From assembly GCA_963719315.1 (NCBI GenBank), contig CAVRBU010000003.1, positions 256,001 through 320,000 of the forward strand: 64,000 nucleotides of DNA, written 5' to 3'. Below the pieces are notes generated by a model, which had not been told where the DNA came from, did not search any database, and saw only the letters and a program-made list of their open reading frames with translations. The DNA is from an uncultured Planctomycetota bacterium. GTDB lineage: Bacteria > Planctomycetota > Planctomycetia > Pirellulales > Lacipirellulaceae. Positions 21,193-30,540 of the stretch are shown piece by piece; positions within the stretch are counted from its first letter, which is position 1, and every line of letters begins with the position of its first letter. The position numbers and the translations under genes were made by a program.

Positions 21193-21819
21193 CTACGGAC
21201 CGCCGCGTTTGACGATCATCGATGGAGCCTTCTCAAACGCCGCACGATGATTTTGATAGGCTCCTACCCATCCGGCGACCCCTTTGTTTACGAAGTCCTG
21301 ATTATCACTGTTGCCAAAGCCGAGCGCATTCTTGCCTGTCATTGTCACAAAGAACCGTAGCCAAGCGACATCAGGCTGGGTCATCCTTGAGGCCGAATTG
21401 ACGTCATACACAAGCTTTCCGCCGAAGGCATCCTTGTACATAGGCGCCATGTGGAGCGTAGCCATCGTAAACGAGGCCAAGACCCAGGCGGCGAGGATGC
21501 CGATGATGGGCCCGGCCCACGAATCGATCGGGTTCTTGAACCGCAGCTTGGTTTTGGAGAGTGCCGCGGTGAGCGAGCGCGTGACGATCATGGTGGCGCA
21601 GAACAGGGCCCAGACGATGCAGAAGTCGAGCCAATACGTGTGCTGGCCGCTGGTGACTTCTTCATCCAAGTAGACGACGATCGGGGAATAAAACCCGAAC
21701 GCCACGAGTCCGCTGAAGAAGATATTCACCAGCGTGATCGTATTGCTCCAAACGCCTTCGCGGACCGTCATCGCGATGCCGGCGAAAATAGCGATGAAGA
21801 AGATGATCCAGTACCACAT
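21193..21819 (-). CDS. CvpA family membrane protein
   Basis: TM helices with a REG motif and IDSWAGPIIG. Confidence 0.65.
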   Translation of the reverse strand: MWYWIIFFIAIFAGIAMTVREGVWSNTITLVNIFFSGLVAFGFYSPIVVYLDEEVTSGQHTYWLDFCIVWALFCATMIVTRSLTAALSKTKLRFKNPIDSWAGPIIGILAAWVLASFTMATLHMAPMYKDAFGGKLVYDVNSASRMTQPDVAWLRFFVTMTGKNALGFGNSDNQDFVNKGVAGWVGAYQNHRAAFEKAPSMIVKRGGP

Positions 21820-21823
21820 AGAT

Positions 21824-21910
21824 TTGTCCGTTGTTCGTTGTCCGTTGTCCGTTGTTCGTTGTCCGTTGTATGGTCTCTTAGCATGGACTACGGACCACGG
21901 ACAACGAACC
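21824..21910. repeat. Inverted heptamer tandem repeat (TTGTCCG)n / (CGGACAA)-like
   Basis: Six TTGT(C/T)CG units followed by GGACTACGGACCACGGACAACGAAC. Confidence 0.85.
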
Positions 21911-21913
21911 GCT

Positions 21914-23956
21914 TTATTCTTTCAATACCCGCTGTAGTTCGGCCAGCGACGTGACGCCCTTGGCGACGAGCAGCAGGCCTTCCTCTTGAAAGGGTCGCAT
22001 CCCGGCCAGGCGGGCGGCTTTGGTTAAGAGGTCGAGTTTCGGTTGCTTGACGAGGACTTCGCGGCATTTGTCGTCCACCATCAGCAACTCGAACACCCCC
22101 GTGCGCCCTTTGAAGCCCAGTCCGCCGCACTCTTTGCATGGCTTCTCGATTTCCTCGGGCTTGGGCACGCGGAACAGTGTTTCCACTTTGCCCGGCGGTA
22201 TGCCGAGTTTTTTGAGCAGTTCGGGCGTGGGAGTGTACGCCACTTTGCAGGTGTCGCACAGTTTGCGAATCAACCGTTCGCAGAGGACCGCCGTCGCGAC
22301 CGCGGCAAAGTCGCGCTGCGGCGCCTTCAATTGCAGTATTCGCAGCAGCGCCTCCGGGGCACTCTTGGCGTGCACGTTGGTAACCACCAGGCGGTCGTCG
22401 TCGCGCACTTCGTTGATCAGGAGCTTGGAGGCTTCCGGATCGCTGAAGTCGCGGAGCACGTAGGCATTGGGATATTTGCGAATCAAAGTGGGGATCACGG
22501 TGGACGCGGTTTCGCCCTTGGTGGCGTCGTAGGTCGTGACTTCGATATTCTCGATCTCGCGCTCGCGGTGATGCTCTTCTTCGATCGCCACGAAATCTCG
22601 GAGCAATCGGTCGGTCTCCATGAGGGACACGTCGGTGAGCGTCGTCAGACCGCCCTCGGGCATCGCGGCGAGGAGGACCAGGCCTTTGCTCTGGCCCATG
22701 CAATCGGCCCACTGCTCGGCCGTTTTGGACCGCATTCCTAAATCTTCATAGTGCTTGAACGCGCGCTGGAAGCCGCCCAGCAATTGCACGACGACTCGCT
22801 CGCCGGTGGTTACTCCCTGGCTCGAGATCGGGCAGACGAACGAATGGTCTTTGTACTTGGCGGCAAACTTGCTCTCTTGCTTCTTGCGGCGCTCGGTGGC
22901 GCTGAGATTGGCCAGCGTTTTCATGACGGCCAGCATCACGTCGCCCGATTCGCGGTCGCGGGTATCGCCGTTGTGCCAGACGCCATCGATGTGCTGGCGG
23001 GCGACGACCGATTGCTGTGTGTAATCGAGGATGCACTTGTCGCTGCGGTGCTCGACCATGTCGGCGATCAAGTCCTTCACCAGAAGATACCCGGGCGACT
23101 GGCGGGCGGCGATCAGGTTGGCCTGATTGTCGCGATCCTCGGGAGCGGCGATGGCCATCAAATCGACGGGGGCGCCCTTTTCATAGTCGGCTTTGCGTTC
23201 GCTCTCCATCTTGATGCCAATTTTGTTGGCGAGGAGCGCGATTTCGTAGCGGAACCAGTCGGGAGTGAACACCTTCTGATGGAGCGCGACCGATTTATTG
23301 CGAATCACCACGTACGGTACGTAGGTCGCCAAATACACGACGATCATCAGGGCAAACGCGACCCAGAAAAACGGGAGGCCGACGATGATCGGAAACGCGA
23401 ACAGCAGCAGGACGGCCAGGAACGGAAAAAATAGAATCGCATTCCATTTGCCGTAACCGAGATTGTAGATTTGCGAATCGCGATTGACCCAATCGGCCGA
23501 TCGGACCCAGAGGAGGAACAGCAACCACAGGCCGAGCAATTTGAGCCAGAAAATCGAGGGATTATCAAGCCGAAGAATGGAATGGTCGTCGCCGTAAGTG
23601 GAATGGGGGAGGCCGTTTTTGTCGAGCTTGTCGGCAGGCGCGGCGGGCGGCGCAGTGGCATCGGCCGGGGCGCCGGGTTCGGCGGCGGCGGGCGCTTCGC
23701 CAGCGGCCGGCGTGGCTGCGGGTGGAGCGGCGGCAGGAGCGGCGGGTTCCTGTGCGCGACTAATGGAGGTCGATACCACACTGGCCGACGCAATAAGTAC
23801 GAACAACGCAATTGGAATCAAACGAGACGCGGTACAAGGCTTGCCCTCAAAGGGCACCATGCGACAGGCCGACCCAGGGCAACGCCCTGGTCTGTCGAAT
23901 TGCGCCCTTTCAGGGCTGCAAGGCATATCGGTGGATTTGCTCGGTCGCAGCCTCAT
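21914..23956 (-). CDS. GspE/PilB-like ATPase-domain protein with N-terminal TM helices and degenerate Walker A
   Basis: RLIRKLCDTC...CKECGGLGFKGRTGVFE. True start is probably ~23860, where a signal-peptide-like segment follows a REP-like repeat. Confidence 0.8.
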   Translation of the reverse strand: MRLRPSKSTDMPCSPERAQFDRPGRCPGSACRMVPFEGKPCTASRLIPIALFVLIASASVVSTSISRAQEPAAPAAAPPAATPAAGEAPAAAEPGAPADATAPPAAPADKLDKNGLPHSTYGDDHSILRLDNPSIFWLKLLGLWLLFLLWVRSADWVNRDSQIYNLGYGKWNAILFFPFLAVLLLFAFPIIVGLPFFWVAFALMIVVYLATYVPYVVIRNKSVALHQKVFTPDWFRYEIALLANKIGIKMESERKADYEKGAPVDLMAIAAPEDRDNQANLIAARQSPGYLLVKDLIADMVEHRSDKCILDYTQQSVVARQHIDGVWHNGDTRDRESGDVMLAVMKTLANLSATERRKKQESKFAAKYKDHSFVCPISSQGVTTGERVVVQLLGGFQRAFKHYEDLGMRSKTAEQWADCMGQSKGLVLLAAMPEGGLTTLTDVSLMETDRLLRDFVAIEEEHHREREIENIEVTTYDATKGETASTVIPTLIRKYPNAYVLRDFSDPEASKLLINEVRDDDRLVVTNVHAKSAPEALLRILQLKAPQRDFAAVATAVLCERLIRKLCDTCKVAYTPTPELLKKLGIPPGKVETLFRVPKPEEIEKPCKECGGLGFKGRTGVFELLMVDDKCREVLVKQPKLDLLTKAARLAGMRPFQEEGLLLVAKGVTSLAELQRVLKE

Positions 23957-25107
23957 CAGATAATTCCTGGATCTTTAACCTCAATGCCTTTGAGCGCCAT
24001 TTTCAGCGCTTCGCGGTTCGGCGCGACTTCCATCGCCACTTCGCGGTCGATCAGTTCATCGTCCACCAGTTGCTTGAGACTCATCGTGAAGTCTTGCATG
24101 CCTTCGAGCTTGCCGATGCGAATGATATCGGGCAGTTTGGAGTCGTTCTCTTCGAGAATCGCCTTCTGCACGTTCGTGTTGAAAATCATGATTTCGCAAG
24201 TCGGAACGCGCCCCACGCCCGGCTTGATGCACTTCAGCAACTTTTGGGCGACGATCCCCTTCATGTTGAACGCGATCGCGCTACGGAGGGCCGGGTGCAT
24301 ATCGGACGGAAACAAATCGAGAATACGGCCGATCGTGGTGGACGCGCTGGAAGCATGGATCGTGCCGAACACCAAGTGCCCCGTTTCCGCGGCATGAATG
24401 GCGGTCATAAACGTTTCCTTATCGCGCATTTCGCCGACGAGCATGACGTCGGGATCTTCGCGGACGGCATGCTTCATGCCGACTTCGAAGTCGACGACGT
24501 CCAAACCGATTTCGCGCTGATTGATGAGGCACTTCTCCTCGGTGAACACGAATTCGATCGGATCTTCGAGCGTGAGAATGTGCTTGCGGTACTGGTGATT
24601 GATCAAATTCAGCATCGACGCGATCGTCGTGCTTTTGCCCGAGCCGGTGACGCCCGCCAGCAACACCATGCCTTGATCGAAGTGGCACAGCTTCTCGATC
24701 ACCGGCGGCAAGTAAAGGCCTCTGAAATCGGGCACCACGCTGTTGACGCGGCGGGCAACCAGGCCGACGTGGCCAAGTTGTTGCAATAGATTGACGCGGA
24801 ATCGCCAGTTGATGTCTTCTACCTGGAGCGTGTGGGCGAAGTCGGCCCCGCCGTCCTTCTCGAAGATTTTGCGGTTCCGCTCGTTCATCAGCGGGAAAGT
24901 CAGCCGCACCATTTCCTCGTCGGTGATCGGCTCGCGGTTCATGGGCCGCAACGTGCCATCGACGCGGACCATCGGCGCCTTATCGACCTTCAGGTGCAAG
25001 TCGCTGGCCTTGAGCTTCACGCAGGCGCGGAAAAGCTTGTCGATCTCCAGATCCGCCTTGCGGTGGATGAAGCTGCTCTTGAATGCTTCGTCGGATACTT
25101 TGGCCAT
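23956..25107 (-). CDS. pilT: Type IV pilus retraction ATPase PilT/PilU family
   Basis: ASDLHL, GVTGSGKST, TLEDPIEF, INQREIG, REDPDVMLVGEMRD, AAETGHLVFGTIH. Confidence 0.9.
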   Translation of the reverse strand: MAKVSDEAFKSSFIHRKADLEIDKLFRACVKLKASDLHLKVDKAPMVRVDGTLRPMNREPITDEEMVRLTFPLMNERNRKIFEKDGGADFAHTLQVEDINWRFRVNLLQQLGHVGLVARRVNSVVPDFRGLYLPPVIEKLCHFDQGMVLLAGVTGSGKSTTIASMLNLINHQYRKHILTLEDPIEFVFTEEKCLINQREIGLDVVDFEVGMKHAVREDPDVMLVGEMRDKETFMTAIHAAETGHLVFGTIHASSASTTIGRILDLFPSDMHPALRSAIAFNMKGIVAQKLLKCIKPGVGRVPTCEIMIFNTNVQKAILEENDSKLPDIIRIGKLEGMQDFTMSLKQLVDDELIDREVAMEVAPNREALKMALKGIEVKDPGII

Positions 25108-25130
25108 GGGGGGAGCCTGCGGCTCTGCTG

Positions 25131-25517
25131 TTAGCTGTTAGCCAGATGCGTTCTTGATGCTCTTAGGGCTCGTTCAAATGTGTTGAGCATTCGCTTGATT
25201 TCTGAGACTTGTGCGAACAAGAGTTGGTAAAAAGTATCGTCAAGGTAACCTAAAACTCTGGCTAGTAATAATTGGTAGTCTGTTTCAGAGGCAGAGCCGG
25301 CAGCGATCGTGACGAATCATGCAAAATCAACATCACCGCCGCGAGCACATCCCTCCGCGAGATTCGCCGGCACCGAAGCGCACGAGCGCCGCAATTGACT
25401 CGTCTGTCCATATCGCTCTTCCGAAGGAAAACCTACCGTTCCGCGATAAACATCGAGCGTAAGGGCATGAGCCTTCTGCCAAACTTTTAGATTGCGAAAG
25501 TCCTGCATTTGCGTCAC
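25131..25517 (-). pseudogene. Four-helix-bundle protein (23S rRNA intervening-sequence protein family) with one in-frame TGA
   Basis: FRNLKVWQKAH...FPSEERYGQTSQLRRS..SVPANLAEG..R...DFA*FVTIAAGSASETDYQLLLA..LGYL stays in frame to TAA 25131. Confidence 0.85.
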
Positions 25518-25545
25518 CTTCTGGCTAATAGCTAACAGCTAATAG

Positions 25546-26328
25546 CTAATAGCTAACAGCTACTCCCCGCACTTCGATGCCCTGTTCCGCCATCACGCGT
25601 TTCGTTTCCTCAATTGTAAACTCTCCGAAGTGAAAAATGCTGGCCGCTAGGGCGGCGTCGGCATTTCCTATTGTAATTGCGTCGGCCAGGTGTTGGGGCT
25701 TGCCGGCCCCGCCGCTGGCGACGACGGGAATCGTGACGGCCTCGCTCACGGCAGCCGTGATTTCCAGGTCGTAGCCGTCCTTTGTGCCGTCGCAATCCAT
25801 GCTGGTCAGCACGATTTCGCCGGCCCCCAACCGCTCGACCTCGCGGGCCCAGGCGACGGCCTCCAGCCCCGTCGGCACGCGGCCGCCGTTGATGTGGACC
25901 TCCCACTTTTCCTGGCCGTTGTGCTGGACGCGCTTGGGGTCGATGTTCACCACGATGCATTGACTGCCGAACCGGCGAGCGGCTTCGTACACGAATTGGG
26001 GATCCTTCACCGCGGCCGAGTTGATCGAAACCTTGTCGCTGCCCGCGAGCAGCAGTTGGCGGATGTCGTCCATCGTGCGAATGCCGCCGCCCACGGTGAG
26101 CGGCATGAAGATCTGCTCGGCCGTGCGGCGGACAACGTCAAGCATGATGTCGCGCCCCTCGTGGCTGGCCGCGATATCGAGGAAGACGAGTTCGTCGGCG
26201 CCCTCCTTTTCGTACCGCGCGGCCACCTCGACTGGATCGCCGGCGTCGCGCAGGTTCACGAAATTCGTGCCCTTCACCACGCGCCCGCGGTCAACATCGA
26301 GACAGGGAATCACACGTTTGGCGAGCAT
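25546..26328 (-). CDS. hisF: Imidazole glycerol phosphate synthase cyclase subunit
   Basis: [60 protein letters not shown]. Confidence 0.97.
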   Translation of the reverse strand: MLAKRVIPCLDVDRGRVVKGTNFVNLRDAGDPVEVAARYEKEGADELVFLDIAASHEGRDIMLDVVRRTAEQIFMPLTVGGGIRTMDDIRQLLLAGSDKVSINSAAVKDPQFVYEAARRFGSQCIVVNIDPKRVQHNGQEKWEVHINGGRVPTGLEAVAWAREVERLGAGEIVLTSMDCDGTKDGYDLEITAAVSEAVTIPVVASGGAGKPQHLADAITIGNADAALAASIFHFGEFTIEETKRVMAEQGIEVRGVAVSY

Positions 26329-26627
26329 TGAACCGCGACGCAGAGGACGCACCCAGCCGGATGGTGAGATCACCGGAACGAACCATATTGCCCAAACGGT
26401 TCAGTCTAAGTGTGTCTCAAAGTGGGGTCAACCGACCGAATCGCATCGGTTACCTCCCATCCTTCAGGTGGTTTTCGGACCTCGCGAACGATGCCCGAAA
26501 GAAAATGCGCGCGGCAGGATTTGTGCTTTGGCGCGGAGTCTCGCGCTTCCCAGCAGATAGAGAATTCATAACAATGACCAAATTGCCCCGCGCGTCTCAA
26601 TTCCATTTTGGCACAAGGAGGCCCAAC

Positions 26628-27908
26628 ATGTCGCGCAGAAGCTCGATCGATGAAGTCGCCGCCGGCGAAGACCTGGTCGGCTTGAGATTGCCGGTTCCAG
26701 AACGGGACGTTATCGTCACCAGCAATCTTGTCGCCGAAAGTAGCTTGCGGAATCGAATCAAAAACGCGCCGGCTCGCGAGGTCATTTCGTTCACCTTCGA
26801 GGAGCTCGAAGACCTCCACCGTCGCCTGGCTTTTGATGCGAACCAGACATCCGATAAGAAGCGCGAGAAGACCATCAGAAAGGTGTTGCGAAAAATCGAA
26901 GAGGTTCTCGACGAAGAAGACGACTTCGATGAGCCGGAGCCGCTGTACGAGGAGTGGGACGACGAACTACCCTTGCCGCAGAGCGCGCACCAATTATTTA
27001 GAGATGTTTTCGGCAGTACGCCGTCGGACGCTCAATCGGCGCCGCCCTGCCCCCTGTCGTTCACCGCGTCGCAACGCGACACGCTGAGACGCATGGATAC
27101 GATTTCGCTCGATATCCACAAGCTGCTTGCCGGCGATTCGCAGGAGGAATTGCAATTCAACCTCAGTCCCCGTCAATTCATGGTGATCTCGATGGCCATC
27201 AAGGAGGCGATCGAGCTTTCTCCCGACGAGAAGTCCGCAACACCTTTCGTGGACGTAGCCCAGCGAATAAGCGAATGCTTGTTCGCCGCAATTAAAGAAA
27301 CCGCCGAATCGGACACCGAGCAAGAGTACCACCGGTCGCACGCCAGCCCGACGAAACAAGCCTTTCAATTGAAAATCACTTTGGACGGCAGCAAGCCGCC
27401 CATCTGGCGGCGAGTGCTGGTCGCCGACTGCACGCTCGACGTGCTCCATCAAACCGTACAAATGGCGATGGGTTGGACCGGCTCTCACATGCACCAATTC
27501 GAGTACGGCAACGATTGCTTCAGCGATCCGAGTTTCGAACTGGATGGCGATGACTACGACGAGACGCGGGTCTTTCTGAGTCAACTTGTTGCCGATGGCT
27601 GCCAGAAACTACGCTATTGGTATGACTTCGGCGATGACTGGTTTCATACGATCAAGATCGAGAAGGTACTCGAACGGAAACCGGAAGACAAATTCCCGGT
27701 TTGCGTTAAGGGGGTCGGCGCCTGCCCGCCCGAGGACTGCGGCGGAATCTGGGGCTACTACGACTTCCTCGAAGCCATTCGCGACCCGAAGCACGAGCGA
27801 CACGATGAGTTCGTCGATTGGGCCGGCAAGGATTTCGATCCCAACGTTTTCGACATCGACGATACGAATGCGGCGTTGGCCGAAGGGATCGGAAAGCTTG
27901 AGTTGTAG
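26628..27908 (+). CDS. Plasmid pRiA4b ORF-3 family protein with long N-terminal extension
   Basis: AAGGAG RBS before ATG 26628; QLKITL..SKPPIWRR, GWTGSHMHQF, YWYDFGDDW, PPEDCGGIWGY. Confidence 0.85.
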   Translation: MSRRSSIDEVAAGEDLVGLRLPVPERDVIVTSNLVAESSLRNRIKNAPAREVISFTFEELEDLHRRLAFDANQTSDKKREKTIRKVLRKIEEVLDEEDDFDEPEPLYEEWDDELPLPQSAHQLFRDVFGSTPSDAQSAPPCPLSFTASQRDTLRRMDTISLDIHKLLAGDSQEELQFNLSPRQFMVISMAIKEAIELSPDEKSATPFVDVAQRISECLFAAIKETAESDTEQEYHRSHASPTKQAFQLKITLDGSKPPIWRRVLVADCTLDVLHQTVQMAMGWTGSHMHQFEYGNDCFSDPSFELDGDDYDETRVFLSQLVADGCQKLRYWYDFGDDWFHTIKIEKVLERKPEDKFPVCVKGVGACPPEDCGGIWGYYDFLEAIRDPKHERHDEFVDWAGKDFDPNVFDIDDTNAALAEGIGKLEL

Positions 27909-28146
27909 TCGAGTACGCGCGAATTGTGCCATCGCGCGAGATTTGCTGGCGTTAGCGCGCTCGCGGTAAAAATATTTCATCCATTCGAGGCTGACGCCGA
28001 TTCGATCTCGGAGCAAATTGGCGAGTTGCTGCGGACAACCCCTGACGCAAGGGTATTTCACGGCGGCGATCCTTTTTTGACGCAGCGGCTACCTGGTGAT
28101 AAGCTTCTAAAGTGGCTATTCGAACTACCATCCGGGACGTTGGGAT

Positions 28147-28378
28147 ATGATCGAACTTACTCCTCAACAGCAACAATTCGTTGATGCCCAAATTGCCTCG
28201 GGCTTCTTCAAGCAACCAGCCGAAGTGGTCGGCGTGGCGCTCGAGTCTCTTGCAGCAGCGGCAACACGAGTACGACCTGCTGCTACCTGCGATTGGGCAA
28301 GTTGAGCGCGGCGAATTGGAACTGCTAGACATCGAAGATATCAAACTTCGCGGCCGAATGCGGAATACGAAGCAATAA
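28147..28378 (+). CDS. ParD-like antitoxin (one frameshift near 28248)
   Basis: MIELTPQQQQFVDAQIASGFF...EVVGVALE continues in another frame as LLQQRQHEY...ERGE...DIEDIKLRGR; stop overlaps the toxin start. Confidence 0.7.
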
Positions 28379-28674
28379 TGCCGCCTCCTCGGGTTCACCG
28401 CACTCCGGATGCGATCGCGGACCTCGACGGCATCTGGGATTATATTGCTCGCGATAGTCCTCGGGCCGCCGACCTCGTGCTGGACGAACTCAACGATCGA
28501 TTCGCATTGTTGGCCGGAAATCCAGAAATCGGCGAGTTGCAGCCGACGTTGGCCGATGGCAATTACCGCAGATTTACTCACCGGAGCTACGTCGTTTATT
28601 ACCGTCCTCAAGAAAATGGGATCGTCATCGTGCGAGTGCTGCATGGGGCGCGCGTTTACGAGAACCTGATGTAG
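28378..28674 (+). CDS. RelE/ParE family toxin
   Basis: AIADLDGIWDYIARDSPRAAD...YVVYYR...IVRVLHGAR. Confidence 0.9.
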   Translation: MPPPRVHRTPDAIADLDGIWDYIARDSPRAADLVLDELNDRFALLAGNPEIGELQPTLADGNYRRFTHRSYVVYYRPQENGIVIVRVLHGARVYENLM

Positions 28675-28726
28675 CCTATGTAAGGCCGCGATAGTCTTCT
28701 CGCCAAGCGCAAGCATGCGGCTACGC

Positions 28727-28968
28727 CTAGAACGTGGCGTCCGACAATGGTGAGTCCACCCGTCGACAATCCGGTAACGATTCGATGAACAGCCGGCCGT
28801 AGGGCTTCGTGACAATCCGCGGGTCGAGGCAGACGACAGTGCCGTGGTCGGTGCGGGTGCGGATGAGGCGGCCGAAGCCTTGTTTGAATTTGATGACGGC
28901 TTCGGGCAGTTGGTAATCGCGGAACGGGTTGCCGCCGGCGGCGCGGATGGCGTTCAGGCGGGCCTCGA
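28727..28968 (-). pseudogene. Divergent copy of the 3' end of dinG with its own C-terminus and stop
   Basis: 28763-28968 matches 30571-30776 with 11 substitutions by manual comparison. Confidence 0.9.
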
Positions 28969-29016
28969 TGTGAATCGTCGTCTTGCTGCTACTGGTTTGC
29001 GAGATACAATTATGGC

Positions 29017-29260
29017 ATGCACGCTCCCTATCCTCAGTTGACTCCGGAACAGCGCGACGCGATCGCCGCCAGCGGCGGCTTGCCCGTTCAGGTCGAAGAT
29101 CCCGATACGCACAAGCTTTACGTGTTGGTTGAGCAACCTCACGACGCACTGCTGGATGAAGAGTATATTCGCAATGAGTTAGCAAAGGGGTTGGCCGCGA
29201 TTGAAGCGGGCGAGCGACTAGCGTGGGATCCGCAGCAGATCAAACAGGAGGGGCGCCGGC
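29017..29260 (+). pseudogene. Orphan antitoxin-like ORF truncated by the hisF fragment (reads on to 29430)
   Basis: QLTPEQRDAI...VEDPDTHKLYVLV...AKGLAAIEAGE...[13 protein letters not shown], then antisense hisF sequence. Confidence 0.55.
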
Positions 29261-29344
29261 GTCGCGCAGGTTCACGAAATTCGTGCCCTTCACCACGCGC
29301 CCGCAGTCAACATAGAGACAGGGAATCACACGTTTGGACAACAT
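29254..29344 (-). pseudogene. Copy of the first 30 codons of hisF
   Basis: Reads [30 protein letters not shown]; matches 26238-26328 with 5 substitutions. Confidence 0.9.
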
Positions 29345-29717
29345 GGAGCGATGCACCCCAACGAGCGCCCTACCGAGGCGATGAACAGAACCGGCTGATG
29401 CAATGTAGAAGGAGCCGGAAATCGGTATAAATGTACCAATCTAGTCAGTTTAGGTGCAGAAAAGGGGGTGGTGAACGGGCAGAGACTGACAAGGTAGTTA
29501 CAACATTTCGGGAATTCTTTGACGTCAAGGTGACTCGTTGTTATTCTGGTCGGCGGACCGATACGCTGTGCTGCGCTATTTGTGCTGTTGCCTAGCTACA
29601 AGCAAATGGGAGTTCTGTGCGAATTTCGTTCGATGTAATTTGCCCTACGTTGGTGCGTTCTTTGCAAAGTTGTGCGAAATCTGTTTAGATACGGCGACTA
29701 GAACTCGGGAGACGAAC

Positions 29718-30191
29718 ATGGCCGTCGAGTGGCACTACTCTAGAAACCGTGAAAAATATGGTCCCGTATCGTCGGCAAAGCTCAAAGAACTAGCCGACAC
29801 CGGTCAATTGCAGCCCGATGACCTCGTTTGGCGTCATGGAATGTCTGAGTGGGCACTTGCTAGAAAAGTGAAAGGGCTTTTTAGCGAATCCTCCATTCCT
29901 CCGCCGCCCCCTCGCCCGCCTAGAACGGAAGTACCCGTTCGCGTCGTGGTGCCCAGCGAAAGTAGGATGGCCAAAGTTGCAAAATGGGTGGTTATCGGCT
30001 GGTCTCTCTTTTGTTTGCTTGGAATCATTGTTGGACTCGTCAATGCTGGGTCGAGTCTTGACCGATCGTACGGTGATACTGAGTCAGCGGGCGCCGCAAT
30101 TGGAATCGGCTGTGGAATGGGAATTTACCTCGTGATTTGGGCGGCAATCGCCGGACCTGCATTACTAATCTGGCTCCTCTCGCGAAAATGA
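29718..30191 (+). CDS. GYF_2/DUF4339 domain membrane protein
   Basis: WHYSRNREKYGPVS...LQPDDLVWRHGMSEW, a Pro-rich linker and two TM helices. Confidence 0.8.
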   Translation: MAVEWHYSRNREKYGPVSSAKLKELADTGQLQPDDLVWRHGMSEWALARKVKGLFSESSIPPPPPRPPRTEVPVRVVVPSESRMAKVAKWVVIGWSLFCLLGIIVGLVNAGSSLDRSYGDTESAGAAIGIGCGMGIYLVIWAAIAGPALLIWLLSRK

Positions 30192-30210
30192 CCAGCCAAA
30201 TTTGGTGAAG

Positions 30211-30516
30211 ATGTTTTTTAAACGCGTTTGTCAATCTAATAGTTGGCAATTCCACAAACGTCTAATTGTCTGGGCGATAATTGCCAGTTGCCTGGCGATA
30301 ACTGGCGATGGCCTTCGTCCGCCACACAAGCAGTTGACGGCCAGACTGGTGATTAACGCAATCGAGTTATATCAAGTCACTCTGTCGGGCAAACTTCCTT
30401 TCATTAAGTGCCGACACGAAGAAACTTGCTCATCCTATTGCAAGCGATGCTTTCAAGAACGAGGACTCTTCTGGGGTGCAGTTGCTTCGGCAGCCCGTCT
30501 AGAGACATGCATGTGA
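30211..30516 (+). CDS. YidD-like (membrane protein insertion efficiency factor / haemolytic domain) protein
   Basis: IELYQ..LS...CRHEETCSSY....QERGLFWG......RLETC. Confidence 0.65.
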   Translation: MFFKRVCQSNSWQFHKRLIVWAIIASCLAITGDGLRPPHKQLTARLVINAIELYQVTLSGKLPFIKCRHEETCSSYCKRCFQERGLFWGAVASAARLETCM

Positions 30517-30540
30517 AAAAATACGCCGTTTCGTAGAGAT

